From positions 1 to 30,024 of the forward strand of contig RDOE01000043.1 of the NCBI GenBank assembly GCA_011364975.1: a stretch of DNA of 30,024 nucleotides. The letters are read 5' to 3'. The position numbers and the translations under genes were made by a program. Origin of the DNA: Promethearchaeota archaeon (GTDB taxonomy: Archaea > Asgardarchaeota > Lokiarchaeia > Sigyniarchaeales > SOKP01). Below the pieces are notes generated by a model, which was given only the letters and a program-made list of their open reading frames with translations, ran no database searches and was not told the DNA's origin. The first letter of the stretch is position 1. Every line of letters begins with the position of its first letter. Below, piece by piece: positions 9,719 through 18,346 of the stretch.

Positions 9719-9841
9719 GTCTTTTTTTAGATTTATTGCTTTGGAGCTGCAAATTTAACTCTATTTTTTTTTTACATTGAAAACATTTATTTGAGTTTGG
9801 ATATTTTATAATTAAAATGCATTAAAATAGGGATATTTAAT

Positions 9842-10477
9842 ATGGATTTTGAAAAGTTAACGGAATTGATTATTGAATTAGAGGTAGATGATATCGCAGA
9901 TGCAGTGAGAGAGGCTTTAGAGAAGGATGGAAAGGATCCTTTCGATATTTTAGAAGCGCTGACAAAGGGTATGGACGAAGTTGGTAGAAGATATGAAGAA
10001 AAGGAATACTACTTGACTGAATTAGTGTTAGCTGGTGAGACAATGAAGGAGGCATTTGCAGTTTTAAAGCCAGCGTTAGCTGCTGCTGATAAATCACTTG
10101 ATAAAACTAAAATAATCTTAGCAACCGTAAAAGGGGATAATCATGATATTGGTAAAAATATTCTCGGTTCTCTTTTACTCAGTTCTGGTTTTGAGTTATT
10201 TGATTTAGGAATGGATGTGGATGAAAAAACCATTGTGGATAAGGTAAAAGAAACAGGAGCTACCATAATAGCATTAAGTTCACTTTTAACCATGACCGTA
10301 GAGCAAATAAAAGCGGTGCATGAGGCACTTAAGACTGCGGGAATACGAGACAAAGTAAAGCTTATAGTGGGAGGAGCACCATTAAATATGGAACTTGCCC
10401 GAAAGCTTGGAGCTGACGATTTTGCGGATGATGCAGTTGATGGAGTTAAACATATAAAGCAATTAGCGGGGAAATAA
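9842..10477 (+). CDS. Corrinoid (cobalamin-binding) methyltransferase cognate protein, MtaC/MtbC/MttC-like
   Basis: N-terminal cap (LTKGMDEVGRRYE...LVLAGE), B12 motif GDNHDIGKN, LSSLLT, IVGGAP. Confidence 0.92.
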   Translation: MDFEKLTELIIELEVDDIADAVREALEKDGKDPFDILEALTKGMDEVGRRYEEKEYYLTELVLAGETMKEAFAVLKPALAAADKSLDKTKIILATVKGDNHDIGKNILGSLLLSSGFELFDLGMDVDEKTIVDKVKETGATIIALSSLLTMTVEQIKAVHEALKTAGIRDKVKLIVGGAPLNMELARKLGADDFADDAVDGVKHIKQLAGK

Positions 10478-10534
10478 TTCTTTTTTCTTAATTTTTCCTT
10501 TTATAAGAGTTTGAATGTTTATATATTATAACGA

Positions 10535-10571
10535 TTTAAGGTAAATTTATAAATTATAATTTAACCTTAAA
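10535..10571. promoter_or_regulatory. 37-bp imperfect palindrome upstream of tusA-iscS-iscU (candidate operator)
   Basis: TTTAAGGTAAATTTATAA-A-TTATAATTTAACCTTAAA, 16/18 arm positions complementary. Confidence 0.3.
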
Positions 10572-10712
10572 AGAGCTTGTAATTTCTTATTTTGTAATTT
10601 TATAATTTTAATTAAATTATAATCCGAAGTTTTATTTGGTTAAGGGCAGTTATATTTCATAGAACTAATTATTATAATAAAAAACATTTTTGAATGTTAG
10701 GAGGTCATAGAA

Positions 10713-10967
10713 TTGTCGGCAGAAAAGAAAGAGAACATTAAATATGACGAAGAGTTAGATACCCGGGGATTATTTTGTCCAGAACCATTATTTGAAGTAA
10801 GAAATTTTGCCGAGACATTGGATATTGGCCAGTGTTTTAAAGTATTAGCTGATGATCCTGCAGCGGAAGAAGATTTAACTAGATGGGCAAAGAAGACTGA
10901 CACTGAGTTAGTAGAATTCGTTAAGGATGGAGACGATTTAATTTTTTATTTTAAAAAAAGAAAATGA
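10713..10967 (+). CDS. tusA: TusA/SirA-family sulfur carrier
   Basis: LDTRGLFCPEP, VLADDPAAEEDL; TTG start after GGAGGT. Confidence 0.9.
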   Translation: MSAEKKENIKYDEELDTRGLFCPEPLFEVRNFAETLDIGQCFKVLADDPAAEEDLTRWAKKTDTELVEFVKDGDDLIFYFKKRK

Positions 10968-10999
10968 AACAATTAAGTTCAAAAGAGGAATAATGTTAA

Positions 11000-12181
11000 A
11001 TGAGTGTATACTTAGATAACCAAGCAGCAAAACCTGTTGATAAGCGTGTAATTGATGAGATGATGGATTACTTTAATGATAAGTTTGCAAATCCTGCATC
11101 TCTTCATTGCGATGGTGATATTGCTACAGACATTTTGGAAAAATCACGCCAAAAAGTCGCAGATTTTATTAATGCGCCTAATAGAGAAGATATAATATTT
11201 ACTTCAGGTGCAACTGAATCAAATAATTTGGCGTTAATTGGTGGGGCTCTTAGAAATAAAAAGAAAGGGAATCACATAGTCATATCCGAAATAGAACATA
11301 TTTCAATTTTAAACATTGCTAAATATTTAGAAAGAGAAGGGTTTGTAATAAGTAGAGTTCCAGTTGATCGATTTGGGATTATAAGACTTGATAAGTTAGA
11401 ACGTTTAATAAGAGATGATACGGTAATGATTTCAATTGCGACCGCTAGCAATGAAGTGGGCTCATTACAGCCAATTGAAGAAATTAGCAAAATAGCAACT
11501 GAAAAAGGCGTACTTTTTCATACGGATGCAGTTCCAAGTGAAAGTGTAATTCCTATCGATGTACAAAAAACTCCGATTGATATGATTTCGCTGTCTTCTA
11601 ATGACATTTATGGGCCTAGAGGAGTAGGTGCGTTATATCTAAAGAAGGGAGTTCGAGTAAATCCAATAATTATCGGTGGTGGTCAAGAAAAAGGATTTCG
11701 ATCAGGATCTGAAAATATCCCGGGAATCGTAGGATTTGCTAAAGCAGCAGAAATTATGAAACAGGAAATGCCAAAAGAAGTACAATATCTGAAAGGTTTA
11801 CGAGATAAACTGATAAAAAATATTTTAGAAATTATTCCAAAATCATACTTAAATGGGCATCCTGAAAAAAGATTACCTCATAATGCTCATTTTCGATTTG
11901 ATTATATTGAAGGGGAGTCCTTGATTTTAACCTTGAAAGAAAATAATATTGCTGCTGCAACTGGGTCTGCTTGCAGTTCAAAAACGTTAGAGCCATCTCA
12001 TACGTTAATATCTATGGGTTTACTTCACGAGGAAGCTCATGGTTCTTTATTAGTCTCTTTAGGAAGGACTACGAAGGATTCTGATATCAATAAGTTAATC
12101 GAAGTTCTACCCGAATCAGTTAAAAGGTTACGAAAATTGTCACCCTTAACGCCTCCTGATATGTTAAAAGAATTAAATTAA
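11000..12181 (+). CDS. iscS: IscS/NifS-family cysteine desulfurase homolog with the PLP lysine replaced by Asp
   Basis: YLDNQA, FTSGATESNN, EHISI, GGGQEKGFRSGSEN, GSACSS present; SSNDIYGP where S(A/G)HKxYGP is expected. Confidence 0.9.
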   Translation: MSVYLDNQAAKPVDKRVIDEMMDYFNDKFANPASLHCDGDIATDILEKSRQKVADFINAPNREDIIFTSGATESNNLALIGGALRNKKKGNHIVISEIEHISILNIAKYLEREGFVISRVPVDRFGIIRLDKLERLIRDDTVMISIATASNEVGSLQPIEEISKIATEKGVLFHTDAVPSESVIPIDVQKTPIDMISLSSNDIYGPRGVGALYLKKGVRVNPIIIGGGQEKGFRSGSENIPGIVGFAKAAEIMKQEMPKEVQYLKGLRDKLIKNILEIIPKSYLNGHPEKRLPHNAHFRFDYIEGESLILTLKENNIAAATGSACSSKTLEPSHTLISMGLLHEEAHGSLLVSLGRTTKDSDINKLIEVLPESVKRLRKLSPLTPPDMLKELN

Positions 12182-12195
12182 GGTGAGAAAAAAAT

Positions 12196-12999
12196 ATGAA
12201 ATCAACTGAATATTCAGATAAAGTTTTAGATCATTTCAAGAACCCGCGGAATGTAGGTGAAATAGAGAATGCAGATGGTGTTGGCAAAGTAGGGAATCCT
12301 GTCTGTGGTGATCTAATGTGGATTTACATTAAAGTGGGAAAGAATGATAAAGGAGAGGAAATTATTGATGATATTAAATTTAAGACATTTGGTTGCGGTA
12401 GTGCCATAAGTACATCATCAATGATAACTGAGATGGTTAAAGGGATGAAACTCGATGAAGCATATAAAGTTAGTAGACAGGATGTTGCTGATGAATTGGA
12501 TGGCTTACCACCTATTAAAATGCATTGCAGTAATCTAGCCGCAGATGCATTAAAGGCTGCAATCGATAATTATAGAACGGGAGCAACTCCTGAAGTGGAA
12601 ATTGCTACGTCTTGCCAGCTTGATGTTCGTGTAATTTTAGGTGTTGATGAATTTCTTGGTAAAGGAGTTTATAAAGATATTCCTTCAGACCTAGAAGAAT
12701 TACGCGATAAAAGAATTCTAATAGTGGATTCAGGAGACAAATCCTTAGAACTTGCGCTAAAGCTGACAAAATACACAGGTAGAGTAATTGTGGTGACCTC
12801 TGCTCAATCGATTCCCGGAACAGTTGAAATTAGAAAGCAATTAAAACATTCTGCTGTGAAAGTATTGCAACAATCAGAACTCATCGAAATAAAAGGAGAA
12901 TTGGATGAGCTTGATAAGGTTGTTATACACGACTACGACGAGGATGAGAATTACGATTTGTTTGTTGATGTCGTTATACTATTAGATTACAGAGGGTAA
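12196..12999 (+). CDS. iscU: IscU/NifU-N Fe-S scaffold with a C-terminal degenerate thioredoxin-reductase-like Rossmann domain
   Basis: YSDKVLDHFKNPRNVG, NPVCGD, FGCGSA, LPPIKMHCS in aa 1-128; aa ~143-267 align by eye to the TrxB NADPH domain. Confidence 0.88.
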   Translation: MKSTEYSDKVLDHFKNPRNVGEIENADGVGKVGNPVCGDLMWIYIKVGKNDKGEEIIDDIKFKTFGCGSAISTSSMITEMVKGMKLDEAYKVSRQDVADELDGLPPIKMHCSNLAADALKAAIDNYRTGATPEVEIATSCQLDVRVILGVDEFLGKGVYKDIPSDLEELRDKRILIVDSGDKSLELALKLTKYTGRVIVVTSAQSIPGTVEIRKQLKHSAVKVLQQSELIEIKGELDELDKVVIHDYDEDENYDLFVDVVILLDYRG

Positions 13000-13124
13000 A
13001 AGTTTTAATTAAAACTATAATTTATTTTTCAAATTGAATCATTTTACTTTTAAGCTAATTTAATAATTTATCCTGAAATCCGTATCAAGAAGGTATCTTA
13101 GATTTATATTTAAAAAAAGACTTT

Positions 13125-14285
13125 TTAAGTAGTAACTAATTTATAGAGATTTCCATCAAAAGCACAAAAATATAACTCTTTTTGGTTATCAATACCAAAT
13201 GAAGTAATTTGTAAATTAGTATCTACTAAAATTGTATTGTTTGTACCGTGAATTTCATCATATTCTAATGCCCAAATTTGGCCGTATTCAAAGTCTCCAT
13301 ATACATATTTTCCATATAATCCTGATAACTGTGATCCTCGATATACAAATCCTCCCGTTATAGAATGACCGATTAAATGTCCATATTCAAAAATAGGATG
13401 TTCTATTGTCGTAACATTGGTTCCGGGGTTATAAAGATGGGTTCCTTCATATGCATTCCATCCATAATTTTTACCACTTTCAATAATATCAATTTCTTCC
13501 CAGCTACTTTGACCTACATCTCCAGTCCAAAGCAATCCAGTGATTGGATCAAAGCTAAAGCGCCACGGATTTCTTAACCCGAACGCAAAGATTTCTTCCC
13601 TATATCCATTAGTATTTCCGTAAAATGGATTATCCAATGAGATATTGTAGGGGTCTCCAGAATTAATATCAATTCTCAATATCGAACCTAATAGATTCTC
13701 TCGATTTTGAGCATTTCCTAAAGGATCTCCCGCAGAACCGCCATCACCTAAGCCGATATAAAGATAATTATCTGGACCAAATGCAATTTGGCCTCCATTA
13801 TGGTTTGAATAGGGCTGCTCTACAGTTAGGATTATTTTCTGACTTGATTTATTGCCAGAATTGTTATCACCATTGTTTATTTTAAACCGTGAAATAATAG
13901 AGTCTCCAGTCGTGTTAGTATAATCCAAAAAAAAGTAGCCGTTAATGCTAAAATTCGGATGAAATGTCAATCCTAATAAGCCTCTTTCCCCTCCAGTAGA
14001 TATAATATCTGAAATGTCCATAAAAAGATATTTTTCTGAGGTGTTTAAAGTATTATTAAAAGTGTAAATCTTACCACCTTGTTCCAATACAAATAAGCGA
14101 TTAGTTCCATCATTCGGAGAATAAATACCCACAGGAGCTGAAAAGGAGAGGTTTGGGAATGCATTTTGAATAGTATACCCAAAAGGAGTTATAGTGTTTA
14201 AGAAAAAGTATACTCCTAAAAATATACCCAACGAAGTTATAATCACAATCGATAAAATGATAGTAATGATTTTTTTTTTCTTCAT
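13125..14285 (-). CDS. Membrane-anchored glucose/sorbosone dehydrogenase-family (PQQ-dependent type, HHIP-like) beta-propeller
   Basis: N-terminal K-rich + TM anchor; GERGLLGLTFHPNF, NHNGGQIAFGPD, GLGDGG, GLRNPWRFSFD, GDVGQ, NYGW, SITGG. Confidence 0.88.
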   Translation of the reverse strand: MKKKKIITIILSIVIITSLGIFLGVYFFLNTITPFGYTIQNAFPNLSFSAPVGIYSPNDGTNRLFVLEQGGKIYTFNNTLNTSEKYLFMDISDIISTGGERGLLGLTFHPNFSINGYFFLDYTNTTGDSIISRFKINNGDNNSGNKSSQKIILTVEQPYSNHNGGQIAFGPDNYLYIGLGDGGSAGDPLGNAQNRENLLGSILRIDINSGDPYNISLDNPFYGNTNGYREEIFAFGLRNPWRFSFDPITGLLWTGDVGQSSWEEIDIIESGKNYGWNAYEGTHLYNPGTNVTTIEHPIFEYGHLIGHSITGGFVYRGSQLSGLYGKYVYGDFEYGQIWALEYDEIHGTNNTILVDTNLQITSFGIDNQKELYFCAFDGNLYKLVTT

Positions 14286-14473
14286 AAAGTGAAAGAAAAA
14301 GATTGATGATATTATTGAGATGTAAATTCTGGTGATTTAAGTACTTTATATCTATGGATTAAAAGAATTTTATATCATAAATCTTATTTGTTAAAACTAG
14401 GCTTATTAAAATTAGACATAAACTTTAATCAATAATTCATAATCAAGAGATTTATATGAAATTTGTAATTTTG

Positions 14474-14527
14474 ATCATTAAAAGTAGTGATGTTGTGTAT
14501 CACGATTACACTACTTAATTTAATGGT
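14474..14527 (+). promoter_or_regulatory. Leader hairpin / inverted repeat overlapping the SD of the CoA-disulfide reductase gene
   Basis: AAGTAGTG (14482-14489) / CACTACTT (14509-14516), flanked by CATTAA / TTAATG that reaches GGTGA at 14525-14529. Confidence 0.35.
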
Positions 14528-14533
14528 GAGAAC

Positions 14534-16915
14534 ATGAAAAAAGTAGTAATTATCGGAGGAGTTGCTGCTGGGGCATCCGCAGCAGCTCGTTTGAGACGTT
14601 TAAAAGAAGATTATGAAATAATAATGTTAGATAAAGGTTCTTATGTGTCTTTTGCAAATTGTGGCTTACCTTATTATGTGGGTAACGTCATAAAAGATAG
14701 AGAGTCATTGGAATTGATGACACCCCAACGATTTCTCGAACGATTTAACATTGATGTAAGAATCCACTCTGAAGCTATTTCAATTGATCGTGAAAAAAAA
14801 TTGGTTAAGGTAAAAGATATTAATACGGATGAGCATTATAATCTTGAATACGATTACCTTCTACTAGCACCGGGATCAACTCCATTAATACCACCTTTTC
14901 CAGGTTTAGAGGATGTTCCTTCTTATTCAATATGGACTATTCCCGATGCTGTAAAGATTAGGGATTTTGTAGATAATAATAAAGTTAAGAATGCAGTGGT
15001 TGTTGGAGGGGGTTTTATTGGGTTGGAAATGGCAGAAAATTTAGTGGATAAAGGTGTGAGAGTTAAAATTGTGGAAATGCTTGACCAAGTTATGCCTCCT
15101 ATTGATAAAGAAATGGCTCAATTTATTCACCAGGAATTAATCTTAAACGGAGTTTGCTTGGTTTTAGAAGATCCTGTTGATTCTTTCGGGAGAACTAATA
15201 CAGATAAACCATATGTGAAAACAAAAAGTGGTAGAATAATTGAAACCGATTTAATTATTTTAGCTATTGGAATTAAACCTCAAACTAATTTAGCCAAAGA
15301 AGCGGGATTAAAATTGGGAAATCGGGGACATATCATTGTTGATGAGAGTATGCAAACATCAGACCCAAATGTTTATGCTGCTGGAGACGCGGTTTTAGTT
15401 AAACACCTTCAAACAAAAGAATCAGTTGCTATTGCATTAGCAGGTCCTGCAAACAAACAAGGTAGAATTGCTGCAGATAATATAGCAGGAAAGAATTCGA
15501 AATATAACGGAATTTTAGGAGCTTCGGTGGTGAAAGTATTTGATATGACAGTAGCAAGTGTAGGACTAACTGAAAAACAATTAAAGGGAGCTGAAATAAT
15601 ATATGAAAAAATTTATGTTCATCCTAATAATCATGCAAGTTATTATCCTGGGGCAGTTCCTCTTGCATTTAAGTTAATATTTGAAACTCCAACTGGAAAG
15701 GTATTAGGCGCTCAAGTAGTAGGAGGCCCTGGAAGCGATAAGAGGATTGATGTAATTTCTACTATCATAAAGATGGGAGGGACAGTTTTTGATTTAGAGG
15801 AATTAGAATTAACATACGCTCCACCTTATGGATCAGCAAAAGATCCGGTCAACATGGCAGGATTTGTTGCTTCAAATTTTCTAAGAGGTGATATGCCAAT
15901 TCAGCAATGGCATAATATAAAGGATTTTAAAACAAAAGGTGGCGTTCTATTAGATGTAAGATCTGTTGAAGAGTTTCAAGCACGGAATATTCAAGGGTCT
16001 ATTAACATTCCTATCGAAGAATTACGTGATAGAATGAACGAGGTCCCAAAAGGAAAACCAATACTAACATATTGTGAAGTGGGGTATCGAAGTTATTTAG
16101 CTACAAGAGTTCTATTGCAGAATGGTTTCGATGAAGTATATGACTTAACTGGTGGCTTTAAGACTTATGAAATGGCTAATACAACTACCGAAGAAATTGT
16201 TAATGCTTGTGGAGGATCGGAATCAATTATGGAAGAATTAGTTAAAGAAAAAGCTATTGAATCAACTGAATATGTCGAGATAGATTGTAGCGGAATGATA
16301 TGCCCCGGCCCATTGAATGCAATGATTAAATCTTTAGAAACTCTTCCCGAAGGTAAAGAGTTAAAAATCTATGCTACAGATCCAGGATTCAAATCAAGTG
16401 TAGAAGCATATGTTAAGCTCAACGAAGCAATAGAATTGATCCATTTAGGAAAGGAAGAGGGTAAAATAGTAGCGAAACTTAGGAAAGGGAAAATTAAGGT
16501 TGAAGAGATAGCAATGCCCGTTAAACCTAAGAAAAAGACTCGTAAGGAATTACGGGCTTCGAATGCACCTCCAGTATCTGAAATAAGTTCCGATGAATTA
16601 TATGAAAGACTTGATTCTGAAGACGCCCCTTCACTTCTTATCGATGTACGCACTCCTCAAGAGTATAGTAGTCCACATGGACACATTAAAGGTTCAAAAC
16701 TTCTTCCATTAGGAGAATTAATGTACAATATGGATGCTCTTGAAAATTATAAAAATGAAGAGATAGTTGTAATATGTCATAGTGGTTCGCGTTCTATGAT
16801 GGCCGCTCAACTTCTTGCTCAAGCTGGTTATAAAGACCTTAGAAACCTAACTGGAGGTATGATGATGTGGAACCGTAAAGGTTATCCCATAGAGAATGGG
16901 AGAGAGTCCTATTAA
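14534..16915 (+). CDS. CoA-disulfide/persulfide reductase fused to rhodanese, TusA and second rhodanese domains
   Basis: GGVAAG, SFANCGLPY, GGGFIG, YAAGD, YAPPY; rhodanese YCEVGYRS; TusA IDCSGMICPGP; rhodanese ICHSGSRS. Confidence 0.92.
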   Translation: MKKVVIIGGVAAGASAAARLRRLKEDYEIIMLDKGSYVSFANCGLPYYVGNVIKDRESLELMTPQRFLERFNIDVRIHSEAISIDREKKLVKVKDINTDEHYNLEYDYLLLAPGSTPLIPPFPGLEDVPSYSIWTIPDAVKIRDFVDNNKVKNAVVVGGGFIGLEMAENLVDKGVRVKIVEMLDQVMPPIDKEMAQFIHQELILNGVCLVLEDPVDSFGRTNTDKPYVKTKSGRIIETDLIILAIGIKPQTNLAKEAGLKLGNRGHIIVDESMQTSDPNVYAAGDAVLVKHLQTKESVAIALAGPANKQGRIAADNIAGKNSKYNGILGASVVKVFDMTVASVGLTEKQLKGAEIIYEKIYVHPNNHASYYPGAVPLAFKLIFETPTGKVLGAQVVGGPGSDKRIDVISTIIKMGGTVFDLEELELTYAPPYGSAKDPVNMAGFVASNFLRGDMPIQQWHNIKDFKTKGGVLLDVRSVEEFQARNIQGSINIPIEELRDRMNEVPKGKPILTYCEVGYRSYLATRVLLQNGFDEVYDLTGGFKTYEMANTTTEEIVNACGGSESIMEELVKEKAIESTEYVEIDCSGMICPGPLNAMIKSLETLPEGKELKIYATDPGFKSSVEAYVKLNEAIELIHLGKEEGKIVAKLRKGKIKVEEIAMPVKPKKKTRKELRASNAPPVSEISSDELYERLDSEDAPSLLIDVRTPQEYSSPHGHIKGSKLLPLGELMYNMDALENYKNEEIVVICHSGSRSMMAAQLLAQAGYKDLRNLTGGMMMWNRKGYPIENGRESY

Positions 16916-17110
16916 TCTTGTGTTTTTTTAATCCTTTTTAATTTTTTGACCATTTCCAACTCTCTTGTTTATTTTAGTGTTTGAAGCAATCCTATGATTG
17001 ATCATTTTTTATCTTATAAGTGCAAAAGTTAAAATAAAAGTAATAAATATATATTCAAAAATAAGTTATTTAATCGAAATTCCTAATAAAATTAAAATAA
17101 AGGTGAATAT

Positions 17111-17695
17111 ATGAAAGAAACGCCTAAAAAATTATTCGCTGCGTATGTTGGAGAATCTCAAGCTCGAAACCGCTATACATTCTTCTCTTCCATCGCAAAA
17201 AAGGAAGGATTTGTATTAATAACAAATATTTTCCTAGAAACTGCAGATCAAGAGAGAGAACATGGCTTAAATTTCTATAAAATGCTTCAAGAGTTTAAGA
17301 AAGAAGAGAATTTTGATGCATTTAAGGTTAGTGAAGAATATCCAACCACATATAGCACGACTATCGAAAATCTAAAGTCCGCTGTTAATGGAGAAAATAT
17401 GGAATGGCAAACGCTTTATCCAGATTTAGCGGCTACTGCAGAAAAAGAAGGATATCCCCATATTGCTAAAAGAACGAGAGCTATAGCCCGAGCTGAGCAA
17501 CATCATGCCGAACGATATGGTAAATTATTGAAACTAATTGGTGATGATGCGTTCTTTAAGAGAGGTAAAAAGATTGTGTGGGTTTGTATGGAATGTGGTT
17601 ATGAAGTAGAGATGGACCATCTTCCCAAAGACTGGAAATGCCCAAGCTGTGATCATCCAAGAGCTAACTTCAGAAAGAAATGTGAAGATTTCTAA
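17111..17695 (+). CDS. rbr: Rubrerythrin
   Basis: GESQARNRY, EREH, ENME, EQHH diiron motifs; C-terminal CMEC...CPSC. Confidence 0.93.
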   Translation: MKETPKKLFAAYVGESQARNRYTFFSSIAKKEGFVLITNIFLETADQEREHGLNFYKMLQEFKKEENFDAFKVSEEYPTTYSTTIENLKSAVNGENMEWQTLYPDLAATAEKEGYPHIAKRTRAIARAEQHHAERYGKLLKLIGDDAFFKRGKKIVWVCMECGYEVEMDHLPKDWKCPSCDHPRANFRKKCEDF

Positions 17696-17795
17696 ACAAT
17701 AGTTTGCGTGTTATAAAATTTAAGCATAATAATTAAATAATAATATACAAAAATTGAAACATAGCCTTATGGATTGTTAAAAGAGAAGATATTTT

Positions 17796-18188
17796 ATGAA
17801 ACAAAAAGAAATTTATAAATGCAATATATGTGGTAAAGTAATTGAAATTCTTCATCCTGCGGCTCCAGAAACCGTGTGTTGCGGTGAACCTATGAAATTA
17901 ATGGAAGAAAAGACTGCGGACTGGAAAGGAGAGAAACATGTGCCTAAGATAACCATTAAAGGTAACACAATTACTGTAGACGTAGGTATTTCTATGGGAA
18001 CTCCTCACCCTATGACTAAAGAACATTACATTATGTGGATTGAGCTAATCTGCAAAAATAATTGCTATAAAAGGCAATTTTTATCTCCTGGAATGGAACC
18101 TAAAGCAACCTTCGTTGTTTCTGACCCATCCGGATTAGTTGCAAGAGAATATTGTAATCTTCATGGTTTATGGAGAGGGGATAAATAG
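17796..18188 (+). CDS. dfx: Desulfoferrodoxin (2Fe superoxide reductase)
   Basis: CNIC...CCG desulforedoxin domain; EKHVP, HPM, EHYI, CNLHGLW. Confidence 0.95.
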   Translation: MKQKEIYKCNICGKVIEILHPAAPETVCCGEPMKLMEEKTADWKGEKHVPKITIKGNTITVDVGISMGTPHPMTKEHYIMWIELICKNNCYKRQFLSPGMEPKATFVVSDPSGLVAREYCNLHGLWRGDK

Positions 18189-18346
18189 AAAAAGCTTTAA
18201 CTTCTTTTTATTTTTTTTCTTATATTTCACATTTGGTAATTTAAATTTTAGTTTGAATATTAAATAGAATGAACATTTCAGATTATAATTTAAATTATTT
18301 CTTAAATTTATAAAAATATAGAAGAGAAATAATTTAAGGTTAAATT

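Noticed and set aside
9644-9730. 28-codon ORF MVTKTKFYPKILNLIMRFFFFSASLVFF inside the structured element
   Set aside because: No SD, and the Phe run derives from the T-tracts; structure explains the region better, though a leader peptide is not excluded.
9592-9841. Cobalamin riboswitch upstream of the corrinoid gene
   Set aside because: Only GGGAAG resembles it; I could not find the B12-box or the other conserved cobalamin riboswitch elements.
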